From NCBI GenBank assembly GCA_017415805.1, contig JAFQEC010000038.1, forward strand, positions 1,335 to 65,334: a stretch of 64,000 nucleotides of DNA. The letters are read 5' to 3'. A program made the translations under genes and the position numbers. The stretch's first letter is position 1, and each line of letters opens with the position of its first letter. The stretch is from Clostridia bacterium. Lineage in GTDB: Bacteria > Bacillota > Clostridia > Oscillospirales > CAG-272. The notes under the pieces were generated by a model. That model saw only the letters and a list, made by a program, of their open reading frames with translations, did not search any database and had not been told where the DNA came from. Below are positions 53,407-62,967 of this stretch, piece after piece.

Positions 53407-54498
53407 ATGAACAGAGTGTACAATTTTTCGGCAGGCCCTTCGATGCTTCCGATGCCCGTGCTTGAGAGAGCTGCAGCAGAGATGATCTGCTACGGTGAAT
53501 CGGGCATGTCGGTCATGGAGATGTCGCACCGTTCTCCCGACTACGAGGCGATCATCAACGACGCAGAGAAGATGCTGCGTGAGCTGATGCAGATCCCCGA
53601 GAACTATAAGGTCCTGTTTTTGCAGGGCGGTGCTTCCACCCAGTTTGCGGCAGTTCCGCTCAATCTGATCGGTCGCACGGGCAAGGCCGACTATGTGGTC
53701 TCGGGTCAGTTTTCGGGCAAGGCCTTCAAGGAGGCGCAGAAGATGGGCTATGACGTGAAGTGCGTAGCTACCACCAAGGAGGACAACTTCGATCACATCC
53801 CCGCCCTCTCGCGCGAGATGTTCCGCGAGGACGCTTCCTATGTGCACATCTGCTACAACAACACCATCTACGGCACCAAGTATGCCGAGATTCCCGACAC
53901 GGGCGATATCCCGCTGGTGGCCGACATGTCGTCCTGCATCCTCTCCGAGCCTGTGGACGTCAGCCGCTTCGGTGTGATCTATGCAGGCGCGCAGAAAAAT
54001 ATGGCGCCCGCAGGCCTTACGCTGGTGATCGTGCGCGAGGATCTGCTGGAGTATGCCGATCCCGCAATGCCCACGATGCTGGAGTGGAAGACCATGGCCG
54101 AGAACAGCTCGATGTACAACACGCCCCCCTGCTATTGCATCTACGTGGCAAAGCTGGTCTATGAGTGGCTGCTTTCGATCGGCGGTCTTGCCGAGATGAA
54201 GGCCCGCAACGAGAAGAAGGCCGCATTGCTCTATGACTATCTCGACGCACAGAGCTACTACATCGCCCCCGTCAAGAAGGGCAGCCGTTCGATGATGAAT
54301 GTCACCTTCGTCACGGGCGATGCCGAGCTGGATAAGAAATTTGCCAAGGAGGCAGGCGCCGCGGGGATGAAGAACCTCAAGGGTCATCGCTCGGTGGGCG
54401 GTATGCGCGCCTCGATCTACAACGCAATGCCCTATGAGGGCGTTGAGGCACTGGTGGCCTTCATGAAGAAGTTTGCCGCCGAGAATCCCAAGGCTTGA
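53407..54498 (+). CDS. serC: Phosphoserine aminotransferase
   Basis: MNRVYNFSAGPSMLP...YAGAQKNMAPAGLT contains the PLP-lysine motif. Confidence 0.95.
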   Translation: MNRVYNFSAGPSMLPMPVLERAAAEMICYGESGMSVMEMSHRSPDYEAIINDAEKMLRELMQIPENYKVLFLQGGASTQFAAVPLNLIGRTGKADYVVSGQFSGKAFKEAQKMGYDVKCVATTKEDNFDHIPALSREMFREDASYVHICYNNTIYGTKYAEIPDTGDIPLVADMSSCILSEPVDVSRFGVIYAGAQKNMAPAGLTLVIVREDLLEYADPAMPTMLEWKTMAENSSMYNTPPCYCIYVAKLVYEWLLSIGGLAEMKARNEKKAALLYDYLDAQSYYIAPVKKGSRSMMNVTFVTGDAELDKKFAKEAGAAGMKNLKGHRSVGGMRASIYNAMPYEGVEALVAFMKKFAAENPKA

Positions 54499-54510
54499 AA
54501 GGACACTGAC

Positions 54511-55683
54511 ATGAAAAATATTCTGTTGCTCAATAAGATCGCAAAGGTCGGCACCGACCGCCTTGATCCCGCCGTTTACAGTTTCGGCACTGAGGTCGAG
54601 CGCCCCGAGGGGATTCTCGTTCGCTCGGCCAAGATGCACGAGATGACCTTTAACCCCGAGCTGCTTGCCATCGCGCGTGCAGGTGCGGGTGTCAACAACA
54701 TTCCCGTGGATCGCTGCGCCGAGGAGGGCATCGTGGTCTTCAATACGCCGGGTGCGAATGCCAACGGCGTGAAGGAGCTTGCCATCTGTGCACTGCTGCT
54801 GGCTGCCCGCCGTGTGGTGGACGGTGTGATCTGGTCGCGCGGTCTTGCAGGCACGGCAGACGTTGCCAAGCAGGTCGAGGCAGGCAAGTCGCAGTTCGGC
54901 GGCACTGAGCTTTGCGGTAAAACGCTGGGTGTCATCGGCCTTGGTGCCATCGGCGGTCTTGTGGCCAACGCCGCCGTTCATTTGGGCATGAAGGTCGTGG
55001 GCTGTGACCCCTACCTCTCGGTGGACGGCGCGTGGAATTTGGATCACCATATCACCCACGCCGCAACCTACGAGGAGGTGTTTGCAAAGGCTGATTATAT
55101 CACGCTTCACGTTCCTGCAACGCCTACGACCAAGAATATGATCAACGCAGAGTCCATTGCGCTGATGAAGAAAGGCGTCAAGATCATCAATCTTGCGCGT
55201 GCCGAGCTGGTCAACGCCGCGGATCTTGCCGCTGCGATGGAGGGCGGTAAGGTCTCGGCCTACGTGACCGACTTCCCGACTGAGGAGACCGTGGCGATTC
55301 CCGGTGTCATCACCATTCCCCATTTGGGCGCATCCACCGAGGAATCCGAGGACAATTGCGCCGTGATGGCCGCCGATGAGCTGCACGAGTATCTCTCCTG
55401 CGGCAATATCCGCAACAGCGTCAACTACCCTGCCGTTTCGCTTCCCGTGGACGGCAAGGCGAAGGCGCGCGTGTGCGTGCTGCACGCCAATGTTCCCGCT
55501 GTACTCACCCGCATCTCGGGCGTCTTTGGTGAGAAGGGGATCAACATCGAAAATATGGTCAACAAATCGCGTGGCGAAAGCGCCTATACGATGGTGGATA
55601 TCAACGCCGATGTGAGCGATGCGATCCTTGCCGAGATCGCCGCGATCGACGGCGTCCGTCGCGCGCGTGCGATTCGTTTCTAA
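54511..55683 (+). CDS. serA: D-3-phosphoglycerate dehydrogenase with a C-terminal ACT domain
   Basis: GVIGLGAIGGLVA is the NAD-binding motif. It has a 2-hydroxyacid dehydrogenase fold and follows serC. Confidence 0.9.
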   Translation: MKNILLLNKIAKVGTDRLDPAVYSFGTEVERPEGILVRSAKMHEMTFNPELLAIARAGAGVNNIPVDRCAEEGIVVFNTPGANANGVKELAICALLLAARRVVDGVIWSRGLAGTADVAKQVEAGKSQFGGTELCGKTLGVIGLGAIGGLVANAAVHLGMKVVGCDPYLSVDGAWNLDHHITHAATYEEVFAKADYITLHVPATPTTKNMINAESIALMKKGVKIINLARAELVNAADLAAAMEGGKVSAYVTDFPTEETVAIPGVITIPHLGASTEESEDNCAVMAADELHEYLSCGNIRNSVNYPAVSLPVDGKAKARVCVLHANVPAVLTRISGVFGEKGINIENMVNKSRGESAYTMVDINADVSDAILAEIAAIDGVRRARAIRF

Positions 55684-55802
55684 ATAGTTGTAAAAAACAG
55701 CGAAATTTGTTTAATATGCCCATTCCCGTTTCCCTATTCCCTGAATTTAGACAACTTCTACATGTGCCTTTTGTGAAATATTACAAAATGCAAAATTGGG
55801 GC

Positions 55803-55831
55803 TTGACGAATAATGGGTTTTGTGCTAAACT
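55803..55831 (+). promoter_or_regulatory. Promoter of the orphan small-peptide gene
   Basis: TTGACG, 17-nt spacer, TAAACT with an extended TG. Confidence 0.5.
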
Positions 55832-55898
55832 AACTATGGAACAAAGTTTCGCATCGTATTAGCCGTTTGATGCAGAACAGAGAGGGAGGATCTTTTCC

Positions 55899-56015
55899 GT
55901 GAAGAAAACCTATGAAACACCATGGTTCAATATCCTGAATTTTTCTCCTATCGATGATATCATGTCCACTTCTCCTGAAGGGTCAGACCCGTGGGAAGGC
56001 GACGAGGGTTGGTAA
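55899..56015 (+). CDS. Orphan 38-aa peptide MKKTYETPWFNILNFSPIDDIMSTSPEGSDPWEGDEGW
   Basis: GTG start lies 8 nt after GGGAGGA. The gene has its own promoter and two downstream terminators. It is below the ORF-track length cut-off. Confidence 0.5.
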   Translation: MKKTYETPWFNILNFSPIDDIMSTSPEGSDPWEGDEGW

Positions 56016-56051
56016 TCTGAGCAAGAGGAAATTTGTTCAAATGGAAAAGGC

Positions 56052-56112
56052 AAAGAGCGATGAAGTGCGTTCATCGCTCTTTTTGCGTGGGTCGGCTTGT
56101 GCCGACCCTTTT
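56052..56112 (+). terminator. Two tandem intrinsic terminators
   Basis: AAAGAGCGATGAA-gtgcg-TTCATCGCTCTTTTT, then GGGTCGGC-ttgt-GCCGACCC-TTTT. Confidence 0.8.
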
Positions 56113-56151
56113 GTAAAAGCCGTTCTGAACAGAAAAAATTTGCACGCCCCC

Positions 56152-56180
56152 TTGTCAAGCGTGCATGCACATGGTATAAT
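56152..56180 (+). promoter_or_regulatory. Promoter of prfB
   Basis: TTGTCA, 17-nt spacer, TATAAT with an extended TG. Confidence 0.6.
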
Positions 56181-56235
56181 TAGGATACGATAAAATAGAA
56201 ATGTAGGCTTGCCCCTCGGGGCACGGGAGGAACAC

Positions 56236-57345
56236 TTGATTATAGCACTGGAAAACGCAAAGCATGAATTGGTCGCCCTGCGCGACAAGCTCGCGGATCT
56301 TGGCAGCGCACTTCGTATTGAAGGGCTGCGCGGCCGCGTCGAGGAGCTCGAGCAAAAGACCGCAGATCCTTCCTTCTGGGGGGATCAGGAAAACTCCTCA
56401 AAGGTGCTGCAGGAGCTCAAGCAAAGCAAGGATACCATCAGTGAATACGAGGCGCTTTGTGCGCGTCTGGAGGATGCGATCGCCCTGGCGGAGATCGCCA
56501 TTGAGGCCGAGGACGAATCCTGCGTGGAGGAGGTCGAGACCGAGCTTGCCGAGATCGTGGCGGCTGAGGAGACCCAGCGCATGGAGGTGCTGCTGTGCGG
56601 CGAGTATGACCACAGCAACGCCATTGTCTCCTTCCACCCGGGTGCGGGCGGTACCGAGGCACAGGATTGGGCACAGATGCTCTACCGCATGATCACGCGC
56701 TGGGCCGAGCGCCACAACTTCAAATACAAGCTCGTCGACTGGCTGGACGGTGATATGGCGGGCATCAAGAGTGCCACCATCATGGTGGAGGGCAACAACG
56801 CCTACGGCTATCTCAAGAGCGAGAACGGCGTACACCGTTTGGTGCGCGTGTCTCCCTTTGATGCGGCGGGCCGTCGCCAGACGTCCTTTGCATCCATCGA
56901 GGTCATGCCCGAGTTTGCCGATGTGGATAAGGTCGAGATCCGCGACGAGGATATCGAGGTCACCGCGCACCGTTCCAGCGGCGCGGGCGGTCAGCACATC
57001 AACAAGACCGACTCCGCGATCCGCATCCTGCACAAGCCCACGGGCATTGTGGTGGGCTGTCAGACCGAGCGCAGCCAGCTCCAGAACAAGGAGACGGCCA
57101 TGAAGATGCTGAAGGCCAAGCTCATGGAGATCAAGCTGCGTGAGCGTCTGGACACCATTGAGGAGATCCAGGGCAACAAGGTCAATATCGAGTGGGGCTC
57201 GCAGATCCGTTCCTATGTCTTTATGCCCTATACGCTGGCAAAAGACACCCGAACGGGATTTGAAAACGGCAACATCAACGCCGTTATGGACGGTGAGATC
57301 GACGGCTTTATCAATGCTTATCTGAAAATGAACGCCAAGCAATAA
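56236..57345 (+). CDS. prfB: Peptide chain release factor 2 (uninterrupted frame, TTG start)
   Basis: SPF motif (VSPFD) and GGQ motif (SGAGGQHINK). TTG at 56236 lies 5 nt after GGGAGGA. No in-frame UGA recoding site. Confidence 0.9.
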   Translation: MIIALENAKHELVALRDKLADLGSALRIEGLRGRVEELEQKTADPSFWGDQENSSKVLQELKQSKDTISEYEALCARLEDAIALAEIAIEAEDESCVEEVETELAEIVAAEETQRMEVLLCGEYDHSNAIVSFHPGAGGTEAQDWAQMLYRMITRWAERHNFKYKLVDWLDGDMAGIKSATIMVEGNNAYGYLKSENGVHRLVRVSPFDAAGRRQTSFASIEVMPEFADVDKVEIRDEDIEVTAHRSSGAGGQHINKTDSAIRILHKPTGIVVGCQTERSQLQNKETAMKMLKAKLMEIKLRERLDTIEEIQGNKVNIEWGSQIRSYVFMPYTLAKDTRTGFENGNINAVMDGEIDGFINAYLKMNAKQ

Positions 57346-57359
57346 GAAAGGAGAACGTT

Positions 57360-57749
57360 ATGAAGCTTACGCGCAAAAATAAGGAGATCGTCGGCATCTC
57401 GATGCTGATCTCCGCCGTATCCCTGCTCTTTACATTTATCACCCTTGCCTGCCGCAAGCGCAGCGCGCTGACCGCCCTTGCCATGCTGATGGCAGCCGAG
57501 GGGGCAGCCGGTGCCGCACTGCTCGTGGAGGAGCCCGTTCGCCGCAAGAGGGCTGCCCGCCGCGCCGCCAAAGAGGCGGATGAGGCCGCGATCGACGAGG
57601 TCGAGGAGCTGTTCAGTGAGGATGAGGCCGACGAGGCCGACGCACGCATTCGCGGCGTGCTGAGCGACAAGGAGGAGGAGAGTGAGGGCCCCCGTTCCCT
57701 TCGCGAGATCCCCCGTGACGAGGATGCAACAGAGGCCGATTTCCAGTAA
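57360..57749 (+). CDS. Small membrane protein with an acidic C-terminal tail (hypothetical)
   Basis: Two hydrophobic segments, then RRKRAARRAAKEADEAAIDEVEELFSEDEADEAD. Confidence 0.6.
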   Translation: MKLTRKNKEIVGISMLISAVSLLFTFITLACRKRSALTALAMLMAAEGAAGAALLVEEPVRRKRAARRAAKEADEAAIDEVEELFSEDEADEADARIRGVLSDKEEESEGPRSLREIPRDEDATEADFQ

Positions 57750-57757
57750 ATGCTTTT

Positions 57758-57785
57758 TGCCGAGCGCAAGTGCGCTCGGCATTTT
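57758..57785 (+). terminator. Terminator after the prfB unit
   Basis: TGCCGAGCGC-aagt-GCGCTCGGCA followed by TTTT. Confidence 0.8.
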
Positions 57786-57788
57786 ATA

Positions 57789-57817
57789 TTGACAAAATGT
57801 GCTATTTGCGCTATAAT
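57789..57817 (+). promoter_or_regulatory. Consensus promoter of the transglutaminase-like gene
   Basis: TTGACA, 17-nt spacer, TATAAT. Confidence 0.7.
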
Positions 57818-57846
57818 AAAAAAAGATAACATTTGTTGGTGGAGGT

Positions 57847-59199
57847 GTGTATATGAAGCTGTTTTTGCGCAGTCTGTCATGCCTTTTGCTGATCGTGATG
57901 CTCTCCACCTTTTGTCTGTGGCGCAATCAGATCCTGCCCGACCTTTCGCAGCTGACAGCCTTCATGCAAAGCACCGCCGATCGCCTTGGCGAGCTGGCCT
58001 CGCTCGTGCAGGGCGGCGGAAACGGGGGCAATGCGCCCGTGGACGAGGGTGGCGATTTTCCCGAGTATGCACTTGCCGAGGAGCTGGACACCGCGTTGGA
58101 GAACCATATCGTGTCGCAAATGCTGGCACACAGCGCGCGCATTGATCTGTCGGGCTATAATCTCTCACAGGAGAAAACGCAAGCCGTGTTTTCGGCCATC
58201 CGTTATTCTCATCCCGAGCTCTTTTTCTGGGGAAATGCCGAGAATTATGTTGAGTCCTTGGACGGTGTGACCACCTCTTTTATCCCCGATTACCTCTATG
58301 ACGCCGCCACCACCGCCACGATGATGGCAAGCTATGAGGCCAACCTTGATGCGATCTGCGCAGGTGCACCCACCACGAGTGAGTTTGACAAGTGGCTCTA
58401 TGTGCACGACTATTTCGTGAAAAATTACACGTACGACTACACCTATACCGTCCGCGACGCCTACACACTCTTTACCGAGAATACGGGCGTTTGCCAGGCC
58501 TATATGCTTGGCGTGATCGCCGTGGCAGAGGAGCTGGGGCTGGAGACCGTGCCCGTCACCAGCAACGCGATGAAGCACGCGTGGAACCTCATCAAGCTGG
58601 ACGGCGCGTGGTATCACATGGACGTCACGTGGGACGATTCGGTGTCCTATGCCACCTACACCTCGTATCAGCATTTCCTTTGCAGCGATGCGCGCTTTTA
58701 TCATATGAGCGTTCCGCACCACGATTGGAACGCCACCGAGCAAGCGACCGACACCAAATACGACAGCGCGATCTGGCACGCGGCGCTCACGCCGATGGTC
58801 AAGTCGGGCGGTATCTATTACGTCGCGGTGACGGTGGACAACAGCGGCAACAGCCGCGTGATGGGCAAGGTCTATTCGGGCGGCGACCCCGCCGCAATGA
58901 CCGCGTGCTTTGACGTGAACGCCGTCTGGCCCGCCGATACCGTCGGCAGCTATTATACCGACTGCTTTGCAGGACTTGCGGTATATGGCGACTATATCAT
59001 TTATAACACCAACAACACGCTGCGCGCCTATCACACGGGAACGGGCGAGCATCGGCAGATCGCCATGTTCAGCATGCGAAGCGGCGAGAGCATCTACGGG
59101 ATCGTGTCGGTGAGCGCAAACAAGGTCACTTTTTTGGTGGCGAACCATCCTTACAACGATGAAACGCTCTCGTACGTGCCGTATAGTATTGCACTTTGA
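57847..59199 (+). CDS. Secreted or membrane-anchored transglutaminase-like (Cys-His-Asp) domain protein
   Basis: TGVCQAYMLGV...KHAWNLIKLDGAWYHMDVTWDD matches the transglutaminase core C...H...D pattern. N-terminal hydrophobic anchor. Confidence 0.8.
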   Translation: MYMKLFLRSLSCLLLIVMLSTFCLWRNQILPDLSQLTAFMQSTADRLGELASLVQGGGNGGNAPVDEGGDFPEYALAEELDTALENHIVSQMLAHSARIDLSGYNLSQEKTQAVFSAIRYSHPELFFWGNAENYVESLDGVTTSFIPDYLYDAATTATMMASYEANLDAICAGAPTTSEFDKWLYVHDYFVKNYTYDYTYTVRDAYTLFTENTGVCQAYMLGVIAVAEELGLETVPVTSNAMKHAWNLIKLDGAWYHMDVTWDDSVSYATYTSYQHFLCSDARFYHMSVPHHDWNATEQATDTKYDSAIWHAALTPMVKSGGIYYVAVTVDNSGNSRVMGKVYSGGDPAAMTACFDVNAVWPADTVGSYYTDCFAGLAVYGDYIIYNTNNTLRAYHTGTGEHRQIAMFSMRSGESIYGIVSVSANKVTFLVANHPYNDETLSYVPYSIAL

Positions 59200-59204
59200 A
59201 GTAA

Positions 59205-59236
59205 AAACAGGCCACCTCAACCGAGGTGGCCTGTTT
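59205..59236. terminator. Bidirectional terminator
   Basis: AAACAGGCCACCTC-aacc-GAGGTGGCCTGTTT. Confidence 0.8.
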
Positions 59237-59242
59237 GGATTT

Positions 59243-60001
59243 TTAAGTGCTGTCGCCGCAAAGCAGCTCGTAATTGCCGCTTTTCAGTGTGGCAAGCAGC
59301 TCGTCGTTTGAGGTGATGGGTGCGTCAGTCAGGATCCCGCTGCTTGCGTGCTCGCCGTTTGGAAATTCGGCGTCGCTGCGCGCGTGGAAGTCGGTTCCTG
59401 CAATCTTTTTCAGGCCAAAGGTATCGGCCCAGAGCGTGGCAAAGGCGTTGCGCGCGAGACCGCGCGGCGTAGCATTGTACACTTCAATTCCGTCTAAGAG
59501 AGAGGGATCGGTGATCAGCATGCCGTTGCGAAAGGGGTGCGCCTGATAGAGCATACAGCCCGCAGCGCGCACACGCGCGGAAAACTCCTTCATGGTGCAC
59601 GCGGTCACATCCGCCAGCGTGTATAAAAGCTCCTCGGTCAGACCGTACACCAGATAATCGGTGGCGGCGTGTGCATCAATGCGAAACTCCGCGCCGAGCA
59701 GAACGTGCAGACGATCACCCGCCGCCTGTTTCATGCGACGGTAGTCCTTGATAAAATAATCCGCCCTTGCATGTGGGTCGGGAGAGCCGCTGTAATGCTT
59801 GGGAGAAAAAATGGCAGAGCAAAAATGGTTGGTAAGCACCACAGTGGTATAGCCTGCCTCAATATAGTGCTGTGCCACCTCCTCGGGCGAGAGATGCGCG
59901 CAGGGGCTTACGGGTCTGGTGTGGCAGTGCAATTCGGTTTTGTAATGCAGGGGGATCACCTTCCTTCGCTTTATGATAGCACACAAATCCGCGATGTTCA
60001 A
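59243..60001 (-). CDS. PHP-domain metal-dependent phosphoesterase
   Basis: KTELHCHT near the N-terminus and HF/H motifs downstream. TTG start overlaps the AraC stop by 4 nt. The exact start is uncertain. Confidence 0.7.
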   Translation of the reverse strand: MNIADLCAIIKRRKVIPLHYKTELHCHTRPVSPCAHLSPEEVAQHYIEAGYTTVVLTNHFCSAIFSPKHYSGSPDPHARADYFIKDYRRMKQAAGDRLHVLLGAEFRIDAHAATDYLVYGLTEELLYTLADVTACTMKEFSARVRAAGCMLYQAHPFRNGMLITDPSLLDGIEVYNATPRGLARNAFATLWADTFGLKKIAGTDFHARSDAEFPNGEHASSGILTDAPITSNDELLATLKSGNYELLCGDST

Positions 60002-60858
60002 GTAAATTGTTCGATTTTTTTGTCCTTTTTTCGCTCGCGGCGCGGGCTCTCGCCAAATGCGCGGCGGTATTGGCGGTAAAAGGCCGAATAATCACCAAAG
60101 CCACAGGCCGCCGCTGAGAGAGCCGCGGATTTGCCCGCGTGGATCATGCGGCGTGCCGCGAGCAAGCGCTTGATGGTGACAAATTCCCAGACCGTAGAGC
60201 CCGTGGAGCGCAGGAACATGCGTCCGAGTGTGGACTTGCTGAAGAAAAATCTTTCCTCCAGCTCAGCGAGGCCCTTGATCTCGGTCAGGTGCTTGTTGAT
60301 ATAGTCGATGATCTCGGCAACCTTGGCCGATTCCTCGGTGGCGCGCGGTGCGTGCGCAATGGCGGTTTCCGCATGTGCCTGAAGCTCGGTGAGGATGGCA
60401 ATCAGGTTTGCACCCAAACGCATACGGAACTCGTTGTCATCGCGCGCGGGGCGGCAAATGCGGTTAAAGCAGCCTGCAATGAAGTCCTCCTCGCCGATGT
60501 TGGCGATCGAAAAGGCGTTTCCGCGCCCCGGGGGATGATCCAAAAACAGGGAGCGTAATGTCGCAAACAGCCCATCCTCGGGGACGATATCGTCGAGTGC
60601 AAAATGGATGGAGATGCGCTCGTAGGGGATGTCGGGGCTGATGTGGAGCTTGTGCGTCTCGCCGTCGCGCATCAAAAGGACAGAGCCTGTGGAGAGGGGA
60701 TAATCACGTCCCTCAACGGTGTAGTGCCCTTTGCCCGAAATAAAGTAGTAGATCTCACAGTGGCGGTGCGCATGAAGGGGGAAATTGCTCTCGTTGGGTT
60801 GAATATCCAGCGTGTGATGCACCAGATACTCGCCCATCTTGTGACGAAAAATATGCAT
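59998..60858 (-). CDS. AraC-family transcriptional regulator (N-terminal cupin, C-terminal HTH_18)
   Basis: HAHRHCEIYYFISGKGHYTVEG is cupin-like. The C-terminal TLGRMFLRSTGSTVWEFVTIKRLLAARRMI...CGFGDYSAFYRQYRRAFGESP is the AraC HTH. Confidence 0.9.
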   Translation of the reverse strand: MHIFRHKMGEYLVHHTLDIQPNESNFPLHAHRHCEIYYFISGKGHYTVEGRDYPLSTGSVLLMRDGETHKLHISPDIPYERISIHFALDDIVPEDGLFATLRSLFLDHPPGRGNAFSIANIGEEDFIAGCFNRICRPARDDNEFRMRLGANLIAILTELQAHAETAIAHAPRATEESAKVAEIIDYINKHLTEIKGLAELEERFFFSKSTLGRMFLRSTGSTVWEFVTIKRLLAARRMIHAGKSAALSAAACGFGDYSAFYRQYRRAFGESPRRERKKDKKIEQFT

Positions 60859-61043
60859 GTGAGGTCTCCTTTCGATGCTTCATCCTTATTAGTATACCAC
60901 GAATTGACGATTTTTGCAATGTAAAACAAAATATATGCAAAAATGTTTGCAAAACAAGAGTGTATAATGAAGGTGTGTACTATATAATAATGAATAAATA
61001 TATATCTACACAATATAAATTCACAAAAAGGTAGGGAATCAAC

Positions 61044-62096
61044 ATGAAAATGACATTCCGCTATTACGGCGCGAGTGACCCGGTCACGCTTGAGAAGATC
61101 TCGCAGATCCCGACCGTCTCCTCGATCGTATCCGCCGTATACGACGTTGCTCCCGGCGGCGTCTGGAGCCGTGAGAGCATTGCTGCCCTGAAGGCCGATG
61201 CCGAGGCACACGGGCTCTTGTTTGAGGTGGTGGAGAGTGTGCCCGTGCCCGAGGACATCAAGCTCGGCACCGCAAAGGCACCCGCCCTCATTGAAAATTA
61301 TTGCGAAAATGTGCGCCGTCTCGGCGAGGCAGGCGTCAAGTGCATCTGCTACAATTTCATGCCCGTTTTTGACTGGCTGCGCAGTGAGCTGCGTCGCCCC
61401 GAGAAGGACGGCTCCAACTCTCTGGCCTACGACGAGGAGACGGTGCTTGCCATGAATCCCGCAAACGGCGGTCTCTCGCTGCCCGGCTGGGACGAGAGCT
61501 ACACCTTGGAGGGCTTGCGCGAGCTACTGCGCCAGTACGAGAGCATGACCGAGGAGAAGCTCTGGGAGAACCTTAAGACCTTCCTTGAGGCCGTGATCCC
61601 CGTGGCGCACGAGGCAGGCGTGAACATGGCCATTCACCCCGACGATCCGCCCTGGGGCATCTTTGGCCTTCCCCGCATCATCACCTGTGAGAAGAATCTC
61701 GATCGTTTCCTTTCTCTCGTGGATAGGAAGGAGAACGGTCTCACCTTCTGCACGGGCTCGCTTGGCGCAGACCCGAATAACGATCTGGTACGCATGGCGG
61801 CAAAATATGCCGACCGCATCCATTTCGCCCATATCCGCAACGTTCGCCACACGGGTGAGCGCAAGTTCCACGAGGTGGCACATCCCACCGACTGCGGATC
61901 TCTGGACATTTACGGCATCATGCGCGCGCTCTACGACGCGGGCTTTGACAGCTATATCCGTCCCGATCACGGCCGTATGATCTGGGGTGAGGAGGGCAGA
62001 CCCGGCTACGGTCTTTACGATCGCGCACTGGGCGCAATGTACCTCTCGGGCCTCTGGGAGGCATTTGAAAAGGACGGCCCTCGCAAGGGTAAATAA
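61044..62096 (+). CDS. uxuA: Mannonate dehydratase
   Basis: MKMTFRYYGASDPVTLEKISQIP...CYNFMPVFDWLRS...IHFAHIRNV. Confidence 0.9.
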   Translation: MKMTFRYYGASDPVTLEKISQIPTVSSIVSAVYDVAPGGVWSRESIAALKADAEAHGLLFEVVESVPVPEDIKLGTAKAPALIENYCENVRRLGEAGVKCICYNFMPVFDWLRSELRRPEKDGSNSLAYDEETVLAMNPANGGLSLPGWDESYTLEGLRELLRQYESMTEEKLWENLKTFLEAVIPVAHEAGVNMAIHPDDPPWGIFGLPRIITCEKNLDRFLSLVDRKENGLTFCTGSLGADPNNDLVRMAAKYADRIHFAHIRNVRHTGERKFHEVAHPTDCGSLDIYGIMRALYDAGFDSYIRPDHGRMIWGEEGRPGYGLYDRALGAMYLSGLWEAFEKDGPRKGK

Positions 62097-62120
62097 CAGA
62101 GCGAAGAAAGGATAACAGAT

Positions 62121-62954
62121 ATGGCAAACGAAAAAAAGGTTTGTGTCATTACGGGTGCGGGCGGCGTGCTCTGCTCGACATTCGCAAAGGAAATGGCAAA
62201 GCAGGGTATGGCAGTGGCACTGCTGGACCTCAACGAGAGGGCCGCACAGGCCGTAGCGGACGAGATCGTGGCCGCAGGCGGTACGGCAAAGGCCTATGCC
62301 ACCAACGTGCTGGACAAGGCCGTGCTGGAGGATGTGCACGCCAAGGTGCTATCTGACCTTGGCCCTTGCACCATTCTGATCAACGGCGCGGGCGGCAACA
62401 GCCCCAAGGCCACCACCGTGCACGAGACCTACGAGCAGGGTGACGAGGCGCGCGACGATATCGCCACCTTCTTCAACCTGGACGCCAAGGGCTTCGGCTT
62501 TGTGTTTGATCTCAACATCATGGGCACGCTGTTGCCCACGCAGGTCTTTGCGCCCGACATGATCGGCCGCGCGGGCTGCTCGATCCTCAACGTATCCTCG
62601 ATGAACGCTTACCGCCCCTTAACCAAGATCCCCGCATACTCGGCGGCGAAGGCAGGCATCTCGAACCTCACGCAGTGGCTCGCCGTGCATTTCGCACCCG
62701 CAGGCATCCGCGTCAATGCGATCGCCCCCGGCTTCTTTGCCACGAACCAGAACCGCGCGCTTCTGTTCAACGAGGATGGCACCCCCACCCCCCGCACGCA
62801 CAAGATCCTGGCCGCCACGCCCATGAAGCGCTTTGGCGAGGCTGAGGAGCTGCTGGGCGCGCTGCGCTTCCTTACCGACAGTAAGGAGTCTGCCTTTGTG
62901 ACGGGCATCGTGCTTCCCGTGGACGGCGGATTTTCCGCATACTCGGGCGTATAA
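62121..62954 (+). CDS. SDR-family oxidoreductase (mannonate/fructuronate reductase-like by context)
   Basis: VITGAGGVLC is a TGxxxGxG-type motif. YSAAK is the catalytic motif. Adjacent to uxuA. Confidence 0.8.
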   Translation: MANEKKVCVITGAGGVLCSTFAKEMAKQGMAVALLDLNERAAQAVADEIVAAGGTAKAYATNVLDKAVLEDVHAKVLSDLGPCTILINGAGGNSPKATTVHETYEQGDEARDDIATFFNLDAKGFGFVFDLNIMGTLLPTQVFAPDMIGRAGCSILNVSSMNAYRPLTKIPAYSAAKAGISNLTQWLAVHFAPAGIRVNAIAPGFFATNQNRALLFNEDGTPTPRTHKILAATPMKRFGEAEELLGALRFLTDSKESAFVTGIVLPVDGGFSAYSGV

Positions 62955-62967
62955 GGGCGATCGCATC

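Noticed and set aside
56209-56330. Looked for the programmed +1 frameshift site (CUU UGA C after about 25 codons) typical of prfB.
   Set aside because: The frame runs uninterrupted from the TTG at 56236. The equivalent region reads GCA CTT CGT ATT GAA with no in-frame stop, so this RF2 gene is not recoded.
60859-61043. Three TGCAA(A/T)-containing direct repeats in the AraC-uxuA intergenic region, as possible AraC-family binding sites.
   Set aside because: The region is very AT-rich, so short A/T-rich repeats are expected by chance. No clear spacing or -35 relationship could be established.
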